A DNA stretch of 43,400 nt from Gemmatimonadaceae bacterium (GCA_039927215.1 JBDSVO010000245.1:1-43400); one strand, 5' to 3'; shown: positions 1 through 9,255, numbered from the stretch's first letter. Notes: generated from the sequence alone by a model not told the origin. Numbers and translations: made by a program.

Positions 1-1884
1 GCGTTCGTCATCATTCTTTTCAGCTGGCTCCGTAACGGTTCCGTCTGGAGATCGGCCGCAATCATCGTTGGCTGCTCTGCGTTTTCTGTTTGGGCGGCGG
101 GTGTTGTCTGGGGACTGAATTACAAGAACCCCCTCTTCATCGAGAATTTCATTCTCAATGGAAACGTTCATCACGACAGTCTGCACATCACTTCCTTCGC
201 CAACATGTTGCGGACGTATCACGTCGCCAGCATCGGCATCGACGGACTCGTCGCGGTCCCGTACCACTGGGGCACAATGTGGCTCTTTGCCCAGTGGTCA
301 AATCTGACGGGCGCGCACCTGCTCGATTTCTACCAGCTGGGTTATCCGGTTACGATGATTCCTTTCTTTTTCGGGGGAACGCTCGCATTCGCCGTAACGA
401 TGCGGAACCGCAGGAGATCGCCCGGGGCAGCTGTCAATCTGACCGACGACTTCCGCTTCTGGCTCGTTTTTCTTGCCGCATGCATCGGCATCATTCCGAT
501 ATCCGGGCTCGATGCGATGGGAGTCTGGACGTCCAATTTCCTCATATCCGAGTCGTACACGGTTGCGGTGCCGTGTTCGCTGCTGATGCTGGCAACCGTA
601 GTCGTGTTCTGCGACGGTCGCTCGGCGCGCGGGTCCAGATTCGCAGGGCGAGCGTGGTCGGTCACCGATGCGCTATTCGTCCTCCTGGGAATTCCCCTTG
701 GAATCGCTCTGCTTGGCTACCTGAAAATCTCCTTCATGGCTCTCGCATTCGGGCTGGCGGGGTACGCGTTTTTTCGCCTTCGGCTGTACAGCCGCCCGCT
801 GTACCTGATGTCGGGCGCGCTCACGGCGGCCGTTTTTGCCTGGACATACTCCCGGGTTTCGCTGCCCGCGCACCGTGAGGGCTTCGCTCCGTTCGATTTT
901 CTGTGGGGTTACGTCCGACCAGCCTGGTGGCCGTTCTTCATCGTCGTCCATCTCTTCTGGTCGTGGCTCTACATCATCGTCCGCCTGCGAGCGGAAGGTA
1001 TTGGAACTCTCGCCGATTTACGTGAGGCTGCCTCGGAAAAGCGCATCCTCGACGTCGAAGTGGTGGCAGTCATCGCGCTTCTTGGAATAGGACCTGGGTT
1101 CGTCATGCATATAGACGGTGGGTCTGCGTTCTACTTCTCCGACGTGCAGCGGTGGCTCGCCCTCGGGTTCATCCTGTCGCGAACTCCCGAGCTGTTCGCG
1201 ATCGTTCTTGGCAAGACTCGGCTGCGCGTCGCCCAACGTCCGCGCAAGCTCATGTCGAGGCTCGACGCAATCAGTGTGCGTGCGGTGCTCATTGCATTTC
1301 TGCTGCTGCCCGCGCTCGGCTCGATGATTTCAAACAGTATTGTATGGCCGATCAGAATGGCCCGCGCCAACGCCGACACCAGGCGCAAGCTTTATCCCGT
1401 CTCCGTCGCCGCGGGAATTCCGTTGGGCCTGCATGGGTTGCCCCAGTTGGCCGATCACGCGTTTCTCGACGAAGGATTGAGGGGATCGCCTAATTTCGTC
1501 GTCGCCGATGCGCTGAGGAGGCAGTCCGCCATGCCCGATTCCATACGGCGGCGGTCAGCTCTCTTCATTCCGCAGGAGCAGTCCGAATACTGGAAGAGTC
1601 TGACTCGCCCGGGGGCTTGCGCGTTTCAGCCGTTCGTGGCAACGGCGCTCGCGTCGCTGGCGATGATCGACGGAATGCCGCCTTTCGGCTGCACGCTGGT
1701 TCCGTACTATGGAATCGGCTCTTTCGCCCCTCGGACTCGACCGCAGCTTGCCGCAGACGCGTCACCGGCGACGCTTTGCCGCCGCGCCGCGGCTTGGGCG
1801 ATTGATCGTGTGATCGTGCTGCGGTTCGAAGATTCCCGAGCCGTCGGCACGCCGATCGAATGTCCCTCGCTGTCGCGCCGATGA
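1..1884 (+). CDS. Polytopic membrane protein, putative GT-C-fold glycan-modifying enzyme (5'-truncated; paralog of next gene)
   Basis: Frame 1 is open from base 1 (AFVIILFSWLRNG...VHHDSLHITSFANMLRTY), so the 205 start is internal. Many hydrophobic segments. Shares GLDAMGxW, ISESY, LKIS, HLFWSWLYI, GGSAxYFSDVQRWLA and DGMPP blocks with 1881..4082. Confidence 0.8.
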   Translation, partial: AFVIILFSWLRNGSVWRSAAIIVGCSAFSVWAAGVVWGLNYKNPLFIENFILNGNVHHDSLHITSFANMLRTYHVASIGIDGLVAVPYHWGTMWLFAQWSNLTGAHLLDFYQLGYPVTMIPFFFGGTLAFAVTMRNRRRSPGAAVNLTDDFRFWLVFLAACIGIIPISGLDAMGVWTSNFLISESYTVAVPCSLLMLATVVVFCDGRSARGSRFAGRAWSVTDALFVLLGIPLGIALLGYLKISFMALAFGLAGYAFFRLRLYSRPLYLMSGALTAAVFAWTYSRVSLPAHREGFAPFDFLWGYVRPAWWPFFIVVHLFWSWLYIIVRLRAEGIGTLADLREAASEKRILDVEVVAVIALLGIGPGFVMHIDGGSAFYFSDVQRWLALGFILSRTPELFAIVLGKTRLRVAQRPRKLMSRLDAISVRAVLIAFLLLPALGSMISNSIVWPIRMARANADTRRKLYPVSVAAGIPLGLHGLPQLADHAFLDEGLRGSPNFVVADALRRQSAMPDSIRRRSALFIPQEQSEYWKSLTRPGACAFQPFVATALASLAMIDGMPPFGCTLVPYYGIGSFAPRTRPQLAADASPATLCRRAAAWAIDRVIVLRFEDSRAVGTPIECPSLSRR

Positions 1885-4082
1885 CTGCACGCGCATCGGG
1901 CGCCCTCTACTACGATCGGGACGATCGAGCGACGATCGCAGTGTTCGCGACATTCATGTCGACGACCATTGCCGCGCTGTATTACCTCGGCAGAGTCGGG
2001 TTCGACAATCCTCTCCAGCCGATTCTCGTCACCCTGGGGTTGTCGCTATTCGTCGCGGTTACTCCGTTCGTGGTGTGGCGGCTCGCCGCGCGAGGCCATT
2101 ACGCCGAACACGAACCATGGTGGAGGACGCAGCCGGCGCTGACGCTCGCGGCGCTTGCGTTTACGGCGCTGGCTGGAATGCTGGTGTCACCAAGCGGATG
2201 GAACGCTGCGGGCGTGCTGAGCGTCGCAGGATTTGGCTCGGCCGCAGTTGCGACGGCAATCTGGATGAGAGGCGGAGGGATCTGGAAAAACGTCATTTTT
2301 CTGACGGGCGCCGGCATTTTCGCAGTATGGGCGTGTGGGGTGGCGTGGAGCACCCGTTACAAGTCGCCGCTGTTCTGGGAAACCCTCGCGTACAAGGCCG
2401 ACGTCCACCATGACCCGCTTTACAACATCAGCTTGGCGAACAACATGCGAACGTACTCAGTGCCGAGCACGGGTCTCGACGGAGTGCCGTATATCCCATA
2501 TCACTACGGCTCAGCGTGGCTCAATTCGCAATGGGCGTATCTTGCCGATATAGACGTGCTGTCCTTCTACAGCCTCGGCCCGTCCGTGATTGGGATACCG
2601 CTCTTTTTTTCGGCGATTCTGCTCCTTGTTGTCGAGGTTCGCAAAAGCACCCGGTCTGGCGACGCCAGTGAGGGTCGTCCGCTCAGGTCGAGTTATTCCG
2701 CATGGCTTTTCCTTCTCGCGGGGACGATCGGCGTGATTCCAAGCCCTGGCCTCGATGCGATGGGAATCTGGAATCTCCACGCGATGATCTCGGAGTCGTA
2801 CGTCGCCGGCATGCCGGTATTTCTTCTCGTCCTCGCGACGACCATGGCGTACTGGCGCCGAAAAGGGAGTTCTCCCCGAGCTGGCGACGTGGTGTTCCTT
2901 CTCGTCTTCGCTCCTGCAATGATCGTAGTCGCGGGTTTCCTGAAGATCTCGCTCATGCTGCTTCTTCTTTGCGCCGGGCTGGTTGTCATGATCCTCGGCC
3001 GGCTCTATCGCGACCGCTGGCTCGCGGTTTCCGCCCTGCTCGGTATTGCCGCCTCAGCTTTGACGTACAAGCTCGTATCGGTGCCCGCGCAGAATCAGGG
3101 GCTCGTTCCCTTTGCGTATCTCCGTTTCTCCGGAGTCGCCACAGAGTGGTGGCCATACTTCATTCTGGTCCATCTCTTCTGGAGCTGGTTGTACATCTAT
3201 CTGCGGCTGCGGGAAGAGAATCTGAGCGACATGGGAGCGATCAGGCATGCCGCGATCGAGGGGAGAATCACGGACGTGGTGGTAATGGCAACCGTCGCCG
3301 TGGCAGGATTCCTTCCGGGCGAGCTGATCCACATCCACGGTGGCTCCGCGATCTATTTTTCCGACGTTCAGCGGTGGCTGGCAGTCGCGCTTCTCATGGC
3401 TGCGGCGCCACGCTGGATGGCGCGGCTTTGGTCGAAACGCGAAACGGCTTCCGGGGAGAGGCGTTCGTTCGGCAGCATCCGCCTCTCGCACGTGTGGATC
3501 GCGCTTTTGATTATTCCACTTAGTGCCACATTGATACTAAATCTCGTCCGTGCTCCGGCGACTGCGTTCCGCGCAAATGTCGCGGTCCGCCGGGCATTCT
3601 ACGTTCAGGCGGGTGCGCCAGCTCAGGTGAGCGCTCTTTCGCTGGGGAATTCCGCGTTGCTCGCGACGGGGCTTCAACGCTCTCCAGTCTACGGCTTAAT
3701 GTCCACTCTTCGAGAGCTCGATCGCATGCCGCCGGAGCTCAAGCAGCGAACACTTCTCTTCATCCCCCAGACGTACGATGCGTTCTGGCGAATCTGGAAG
3801 GATGAAACCGGCCGCTGTTCGTTCACGCCGATGATCGCGCCGGCAATCTCGGGCCTGGCCCTCCTCGATGGAATGCCGCCGGTCGACTGCGACCTTACAG
3901 ACCAGTACGGCATGCTCCGCTATCATCGCCGCACAACTTCGCAAAGTTCAGCAGATACGACATCCGCTGCCCTGTGCGCCAAAGCCCGAGGCAAAGGCTT
4001 CTCGAGAGTGGTTGTCCTGGATGGATCTTCATTGCGAGACGTATCGGTGAGATCGGTGGATTGCCGCCTGCCGCGAGCGTGA
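1881..4082 (+). CDS. Polytopic membrane protein, putative GT-C-fold glycan-modifying enzyme
   Basis: ATG at 1881 overlaps the upstream TGA (ATGA). Many TM segments, VHHDPLY loop, and a C-terminal soluble domain with four Cys conserved with the upstream paralog. Function is inferred. Confidence 0.8.
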   Translation: MTARASGALYYDRDDRATIAVFATFMSTTIAALYYLGRVGFDNPLQPILVTLGLSLFVAVTPFVVWRLAARGHYAEHEPWWRTQPALTLAALAFTALAGMLVSPSGWNAAGVLSVAGFGSAAVATAIWMRGGGIWKNVIFLTGAGIFAVWACGVAWSTRYKSPLFWETLAYKADVHHDPLYNISLANNMRTYSVPSTGLDGVPYIPYHYGSAWLNSQWAYLADIDVLSFYSLGPSVIGIPLFFSAILLLVVEVRKSTRSGDASEGRPLRSSYSAWLFLLAGTIGVIPSPGLDAMGIWNLHAMISESYVAGMPVFLLVLATTMAYWRRKGSSPRAGDVVFLLVFAPAMIVVAGFLKISLMLLLLCAGLVVMILGRLYRDRWLAVSALLGIAASALTYKLVSVPAQNQGLVPFAYLRFSGVATEWWPYFILVHLFWSWLYIYLRLREENLSDMGAIRHAAIEGRITDVVVMATVAVAGFLPGELIHIHGGSAIYFSDVQRWLAVALLMAAAPRWMARLWSKRETASGERRSFGSIRLSHVWIALLIIPLSATLILNLVRAPATAFRANVAVRRAFYVQAGAPAQVSALSLGNSALLATGLQRSPVYGLMSTLRELDRMPPELKQRTLLFIPQTYDAFWRIWKDETGRCSFTPMIAPAISGLALLDGMPPVDCDLTDQYGMLRYHRRTTSQSSADTTSAALCAKARGKGFSRVVVLDGSSLRDVSVRSVDCRLPRA

Positions 4083-4085
4083 CGA

Positions 4086-4136
4086 GTTCGTGCGTTCGCA
4101 GCGCGCGTGCGCTCGAAAGCGCGCGGACCCGCGAGC
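4086..4136 (+). other. GC-rich stem-loop downstream of the paralog pair (possible terminator or stability element)
   Basis: Inner stem 4106-4113/4118-4125 with a CGAA loop; outer stem 4086-4092/4130-4136 with G-U pairs; no U-tract. Confidence 0.35.
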
Positions 4137-4372
4137 CACGGGTATATGGCAGGTCGGTCATCTCGTTTGTCAGAAATGAATTGCTCAGAGACACCAGACT
4201 GGACTACTGTTGTGTCTGACGTCGGTGTAGAATATTCCTGCAACAACAATCTGGACGAACCCGAGGCGCTCCCACGCAGGTTTTCCACGCGACCGCTCGG
4301 TCGTGATCGGCAGATCGGTTCGGGGGCTCGATGGGACGGGATCGCGGGCGTCCCTACCTGAGCCATCCACGA

Positions 4373-6202
4373 ATGTCGGCACAGCATATTCTTGGGATTT
4401 CCGCCTACTATCATGATAGCGCTGCCTGCCTGGTGCGTAATGGCGTGATCTTGGCTGCTGCCCAGGAGGAACGTTTCACTCGGAAGAAGGGAGACGCCGC
4501 CTTCCCCGCGCGCGCGGTCGACTACTGCCTGAGTGTGGCGGGCATCGCGCCCCGCGAGCTGTCCTACGTCGGCTTCTACGACAAACCGCTGCTCAAGTTC
4601 GAACGCATCCTTGAGACATACCTGGGCGTGGCGCCGCGGGGGTTCGTTTCCTTTCTGTCCGCCGGGCCGCTCTGGATTAAGGAAAAGCTGTATACCGCGG
4701 ACGATCTCCGAACATCGCTTGGCGGATACGAGGGCGAACTGCTTTTCTCCGAGCATCACGAGTCGCACGCCGCAAGTGCATTCTTTCCCTCGCCTTTCCC
4801 CGAGGCGGCCATCCTCACCATGGACGGGGTTGGGGAGTGGGCGACGGCGTCGATCGGCGTCGGCCAGGGGAGCGATATTGAAATCCTGAGCGAGATGCAC
4901 TGGCCCGACTCGCTCGGACTGCTTTACTCTGCCTTCACCTATTACACCGGGTTCAAGGTCAACTCCGGCGAGTACAAGGTGATGGGACTCGCCCCCTACG
5001 GCGAGCCCACGTATGTCGATCTCATCTATCGTGAGCTGCTCGACCTTAGAGAAGACGGATCGTTCCGACTGAACCAGAAGTATTTCAACTATCTCACCGG
5101 GCTCACGATGACGAGCCCGGCATTCGACGAGCTGTTCGGCGGCCCACCTCGCGTGCCTGAGACGAGGCTGACGCAGAAGGAGATGGACCTCGCCCGCTCG
5201 GTGCAGGCGGTTTGCGAGGAGGTTATGATGCGCATGGCCAGGACTGCGCACCGAGAGACCGGACTTACGAATCTTTGCCTGGCAGGCGGTGTGGCATTGA
5301 ACTGTGTCGCGAACGGTCGCCTCCTGCGCGAAGGCCCGTTTGAGCGCGTCTGGATCCAGCCTGCGGCCGGCGACGCCGGCGGCGCGCTTGGCGTCGCGCA
5401 ACTGATTTGGCACCGGCACTGCAAACAGCCTCGCAGGGTGGCTTCCGGGGAGGACGGGATGAGCGGGGCATACCTCGGCCCCGCCTACGAGCCGGAGGAG
5501 ATTGAAGACGTCCTCAAGAGCGTCGGAGCCGTTTACGCGCGGCTCGACCGCGGGGCCCTTCTCGATTCCGTGGCGGACGCTCTGGCCGACGAGCAGATCA
5601 TCGGTTGGTTCAACGGCCGGCTGGAGTTTGGCCCGAGGGCGCTCGGATCGCGCAGCATCCTGGGCGACCCGCGAAGTCCGAGCATGCAGGCGCAGATGAA
5701 CCTCAAGATAAAATTCCGCGAAGGGTTCCGGCCTTTCGCGCCAAGCGTATTGCGCGAGCGCGTGGACGACTATTTCGAGATGAAGTGCGACTCCCCGTAC
5801 ATGCTGCTCGTGGCGCCGGTGCGGAAGGAACGGCAGATCCCGATGAGCGAAGAGCAACAGGCGCTCTGGGGCATCGACCAGCTCAACGTAGTGCGTAGCG
5901 ACATTCCCGCGGTGACGCACGTTGATTACTCAGCGCGCATTCAAACAGTATCGCGCGAAACGAACCCTGACTATTACGACCTCATCCGCGCCTTTGAGGC
6001 GCGCACCGGGTGCGGGGTACTGGTGAACACCTCGTTCAATGTGCGCGGCGAACCGATCGTCTGCACACCCGCCGATGCGTACCAGTGTTTCATGCGGACT
6101 CACATCGATGTTCTTGTGCTCGGACCTTTCTTCCTCGAGAAGGCGGCGCAGCCGAACTGGCAGGAGGCACAGGATTGGCAACACGAATTCCAGCTCGATT
6201 GA
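4373..6202 (+). CDS. O-carbamoyltransferase, NodU/CmcH/TobZ family (SxtI-like)
   Basis: ILGISAYYHDSAA, AAAQEERFTR, EHHESHAASAF, DGVGE, GEYKVMGLAPYG, LAGGVALNC, QPAAGDAG, EFGPRALG, KFREGFRPFAP and NTSFNVRGEPIV motifs. ATG at 4373 is preferred over 4331 because the family N-terminus starts there. Confidence 0.95.
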   Translation: MSAQHILGISAYYHDSAACLVRNGVILAAAQEERFTRKKGDAAFPARAVDYCLSVAGIAPRELSYVGFYDKPLLKFERILETYLGVAPRGFVSFLSAGPLWIKEKLYTADDLRTSLGGYEGELLFSEHHESHAASAFFPSPFPEAAILTMDGVGEWATASIGVGQGSDIEILSEMHWPDSLGLLYSAFTYYTGFKVNSGEYKVMGLAPYGEPTYVDLIYRELLDLREDGSFRLNQKYFNYLTGLTMTSPAFDELFGGPPRVPETRLTQKEMDLARSVQAVCEEVMMRMARTAHRETGLTNLCLAGGVALNCVANGRLLREGPFERVWIQPAAGDAGGALGVAQLIWHRHCKQPRRVASGEDGMSGAYLGPAYEPEEIEDVLKSVGAVYARLDRGALLDSVADALADEQIIGWFNGRLEFGPRALGSRSILGDPRSPSMQAQMNLKIKFREGFRPFAPSVLRERVDDYFEMKCDSPYMLLVAPVRKERQIPMSEEQQALWGIDQLNVVRSDIPAVTHVDYSARIQTVSRETNPDYYDLIRAFEARTGCGVLVNTSFNVRGEPIVCTPADAYQCFMRTHIDVLVLGPFFLEKAAQPNWQEAQDWQHEFQLD

Positions 6203-6603
6203 CACGCGTCGTGGCGCAGACGAATGCCGAGGCCAAGGGGCGCAAGTTCGGGCTCGTGGTGGGGAGCGCTTTTCTCGCGCTCGCGGCCTTTGCCTACTGG
6301 CGGGGGGGACGCATTTCTGTGATCGCCCTCGGCATGCTCGGTGGGTCGCTGATGCTGGCTGGGCTCGTCATACCTGGCCGGCTCGGACCGGTAGAACGCG
6401 GATGGATGGCACTTGCGCACGCGATGTCGAAAGTGACGACGCCAGTATTCATGGGTCTCATCTACTTTGTCCTGTTTACGCCGATAGGCCTCGCGCGACG
6501 CGCAATGGGCAAGAACGCGCTTGTGCGCCCGAGTGCAAATGGGAGTTACTGGGTGCCGCGCGGCGTCGGCGCGCGGCGGAGCGACCTCGAACGGCAATTC
6601 TAG
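6199..6603 (+). CDS. SxtJ-family membrane protein
   Basis: RKFG then two TMs, then WMALAHAMSKVTTPVFMGLIYFVLFTPIG, SYWVPR, DLERQF. TTG at 6199 overlaps the carbamoyltransferase stop (alternative GTG at 6211). Confidence 0.88.
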   Translation: MTRVVAQTNAEAKGRKFGLVVGSAFLALAAFAYWRGGRISVIALGMLGGSLMLAGLVIPGRLGPVERGWMALAHAMSKVTTPVFMGLIYFVLFTPIGLARRAMGKNALVRPSANGSYWVPRGVGARRSDLERQF

Positions 6604-6640
6604 GCGGGACACCTACGAATTCCGCTTTGGTAAGCAGCGG

Positions 6641-7660
6641 TCACCCCGGCCGTTTCTTCTTGCCGATCACAATGAAGAAGCCGCCTTGTTGACTTCCCGT
6701 GAACGCCATCCCTGCTTCGACGAGGAAGCGGTCGAGAGCGGTGCCGGCGGCATGCGGCGCGAATAGTTTCTCGTCCGCGGAAAACGACCTGAACGCGGCG
6801 GTGCTCGGGATGCTGTTTACGAACTCGAACCCGGCCTGCTCGAGCCACCCAATGGCTTCGCCGAGTGTGTGCTTCGACTCGTGCGGATGCTTGTACTGGT
6901 CCATGAACCAGGCTCGCTTTTTGGCGGTGCTGCTCTGCGTTTTCCGGAGGTTCGGGTCCAGGAACTGTAGGCGATCGCCAGATGCGCGAAAAATCCACCG
7001 GCGTGCGTCGGTGATGAGCCGACCGTACTTGTGGTACAGGCCGATGAGAATGTACCCGTTCGGCCGCACGAGGCTGCCGATTGTCTTGAGCGCCAGCAAC
7101 GGATCGGCCGTGTGGTGCAAAACGCCGTTGCTGATCACCAGGTCGAAGGTGCTGGGGCGAAATACAGGCCGGAAAAGGTTCATTTGCACGAAGCAAGCCC
7201 GCTGGAGATGGTTCCTTTCCTTGAATTCCTGGCCGAGACGCAGCGAATTCAGACAAAGGTCCGCGCCGACCACCGCGCGATTGGCAACCGACAGAAAGTT
7301 GCTGAGCTGTCCAGTCCCGCAGCCCACTTCAAGCACTCGCGTACCAAACGGGATCTGTTCGTCCAACAGCTTGGCAAAGAGCCCCTGACGTGCCTTTTCC
7401 ATAAGGCCGCCTACGTTGTCGAACTCGTCGTAGTTCGGGAACGGTGTAGCTTCGTAAAACGCCTGCACTTCCGCGGTCACGTCCTTTTTCGAAGGATTCC
7501 ACTCGGTGGGCCAATATAGCAGCGGGATGCCACCGGACACGTTGAAGTGCTGCTGGCACTGTGAGCACTCCAGGCCGTCACTCAGGATCTCGAGGGCTCC
7601 CTGGCAACGCGGACAGCAGAACAGGGCGATATTCTGCTCGACGAAATCAAGCATCACCAT
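6641..7660 (-). CDS. Class I SAM-dependent methyltransferase with N-terminal Trm112-like zinc ribbon
   Basis: CPRC...CSQC...GGIP N-terminus; VLEVGCGTG motif I; FDLVISNGVLHHT. GGAG spacing favours the ATG at 7654 as the true start. Confidence 0.9.
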   Translation of the reverse strand: MVMLDFVEQNIALFCCPRCQGALEILSDGLECSQCQQHFNVSGGIPLLYWPTEWNPSKKDVTAEVQAFYEATPFPNYDEFDNVGGLMEKARQGLFAKLLDEQIPFGTRVLEVGCGTGQLSNFLSVANRAVVGADLCLNSLRLGQEFKERNHLQRACFVQMNLFRPVFRPSTFDLVISNGVLHHTADPLLALKTIGSLVRPNGYILIGLYHKYGRLITDARRWIFRASGDRLQFLDPNLRKTQSSTAKKRAWFMDQYKHPHESKHTLGEAIGWLEQAGFEFVNSIPSTAAFRSFSADEKLFAPHAAGTALDRFLVEAGMAFTGSQQGGFFIVIGKKKRPG

Positions 7661-7797
7661 ACTCCGTGACTACGGGGTGCACATGGCGCGATAGCCTGAG
7701 CGGGCGGCCCAGGAGAGCAAATACTAGCACGGCCGCAGTGCGCCGCGGACCGTCAAGCGGTGACCCGGCGTCACCTCTTGTTGAACAGGGAATAGGG

Positions 7798-7807
7798 ATT
7801 GTAGACT
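7798..7807. promoter_or_regulatory. Putative bidirectional -10 (reverse TACAAT / forward TAGACT) between the divergent methyltransferase and SxtK-like genes
   Basis: ATTGTAGACT; the same motif occurs at several other intergenic sites. Confidence 0.5.
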
Positions 7808-7913
7808 GACATAGCAAGCGTACCGCGCTAGTGATGCCTTCGCACGCCGAGCCGGTGAAGCGATCTGGCACGACAATTCGGACACTTCGAAGCGAAATAA
7901 CAAGGGGGCATGC

Positions 7914-8075
7914 ATGGGCCGCAACTCTGGGATCGTCGGAGAACTGTGGGCGTATATGCGGTTACGCAAGAAGTTCTGGTTGCTCCCCATTGTCCTCGTG
8001 ATGATGCTGATCGGAACACTGCTCGTGTTCGCGCAGGGCTCGGCCTTGGCGCCGTTCATCTACACGATTTTTTGA
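7914..8075 (+). CDS. SxtK/DUF5989-family small membrane protein (53 aa), absent from the ORF track
   Basis: MGRNSGIVGELWAYMRLRKKFWLLPIVLVMMLIGTLLVFAQGSALAPFIYTIF*. Upstream AAGGGGG SD. RKKxWLxP...APFIYTxF signature and carbamoyltransferase/SxtJ context. Confidence 0.92.
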   Translation: MGRNSGIVGELWAYMRLRKKFWLLPIVLVMMLIGTLLVFAQGSALAPFIYTIF

Positions 8076-8126
8076 TCGGGGCGCTTTGAGTGATCGCATG
8101 CTCCCGAAAGAGTAAAGTCAGGAATC

Positions 8127-9095
8127 ATGTCCATAACAGCATCCAAATGGGTCAAATCGCTACTGGTCGTGTCCTGGGCGATTTTTTGGATCGCGATTGC
8201 CGACGTGGCGATTGGGATTTTGTTCCGGGAACGCTTTGCGATAACGCATGACGAAAGAAACCTGACCTACCGGTACGATTCGGAGCTCGGCTGGTTCCCG
8301 ATTCCTAACAGCAGGAGAGAGTTCAAGGGCAGTCGAACGATTCGAGTCGAACATAATTCCCGGGGCTTCAGAGATGTCGAGCATGTGGTCGGTACAGACC
8401 CACGCATCATGTTCCTGGGTGATTCGTACGTCTGGGGCTTCGATGCCGAGCGGTCGGAGCGATTTACAGAGAAACTGCGGGCAAACCTCACCGACTGGTC
8501 CATCTACAACCTGGGCATCAGTGGATACGGCACCGATCAGGAATTTCTGCTACTCAGACGGCACTACGATTTCTACCGTCCGCAGATTGTGTTTCTCGTT
8601 TTCGACGGGGACAACGACTACGATGACAACGCCCGTAACGTCCGATACGGAAGGTATTACAAGCCGTACTTCACTGTCGACGGCGTCGCCCTGAGGTTAC
8701 GAGGGGTTCCGGTTCCAAAATTGGAGAATTACTTCTTTGCTCAGCATACCTTGCTCGCTCGATCCAGTCTGGTGAGGGTGGCTGCACGGTCATATTTCAA
8801 TGCAACCTCTCCGCCCGAGTATATCGCGCGCACGAGTCCAACGAATGCAATAATCGGCAGCATGCACCGGTTCATCGAATCGAAAGGAGCAAGGTTTCTC
8901 GTTGGTGTCCAGCGTGCCACTCCGCAGCTCGAGCGTTTCCTCAACGATCAAGGGATCCCGTACGTCGAGCTGACAAATAAGTTCACATACCCGAGCCAGG
9001 GACGTCACTGGACTCCGGAAGGCCATGCATTCGTCAGTCAGAAGATTCTGGAATTCCTTGACAACGGGAATTACCTGAAGCCATCGAGCGACTGA
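8127..9095 (+). CDS. Membrane-anchored SGNH/GDSL hydrolase-family protein (acyl-transferase or esterase-like)
   Basis: N-terminal TM; NSRGFRD; FLGDSYVWG (block I), NLGISGYGTDQE (II), GDND (III), HWTPEGH (V). Confidence 0.88.
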   Translation: MSITASKWVKSLLVVSWAIFWIAIADVAIGILFRERFAITHDERNLTYRYDSELGWFPIPNSRREFKGSRTIRVEHNSRGFRDVEHVVGTDPRIMFLGDSYVWGFDAERSERFTEKLRANLTDWSIYNLGISGYGTDQEFLLLRRHYDFYRPQIVFLVFDGDNDYDDNARNVRYGRYYKPYFTVDGVALRLRGVPVPKLENYFFAQHTLLARSSLVRVAARSYFNATSPPEYIARTSPTNAIIGSMHRFIESKGARFLVGVQRATPQLERFLNDQGIPYVELTNKFTYPSQGRHWTPEGHAFVSQKILEFLDNGNYLKPSSD

Positions 9096-9255
9096 AATCA
9101 GCCAGGTTCGAAGAAAGAGGCGTGGACTTCGCAGAAGCGCTGTCGGTCATGTTCAGTTGAAAAATATGGATAGAGGTCGCCACTTCGGGATAGCTGATTC
9201 ACAGTCGCCCCTCACAATCGCGTCAGCATTGCCGAAGACGCTCTGTCGACTCGAC

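Noticed and set aside
3923-5920. 665-aa minus-strand ORF
   Set aside because: Antisense shadow of the carbamoyltransferase in GC-rich DNA; no recognisable motifs.
6010-6198. Long N-terminal extension of the SxtJ-like protein
   Set aside because: Overlaps the conserved carbamoyltransferase C-terminus; SxtJ similarity begins after 6199.
4373-9095. Saxitoxin biosynthesis cluster (sxtI/J/K/L-like genes)
   Set aside because: No sxtA, sxtG, sxtB or other core genes; the context is entirely surface-glycan synthesis.
9097-9199. AATCAGC...GCTGATT inverted repeat as a MITE or sRNA
   Set aside because: Only 7 bp, single copy, no target-site duplication; compatible with chance.
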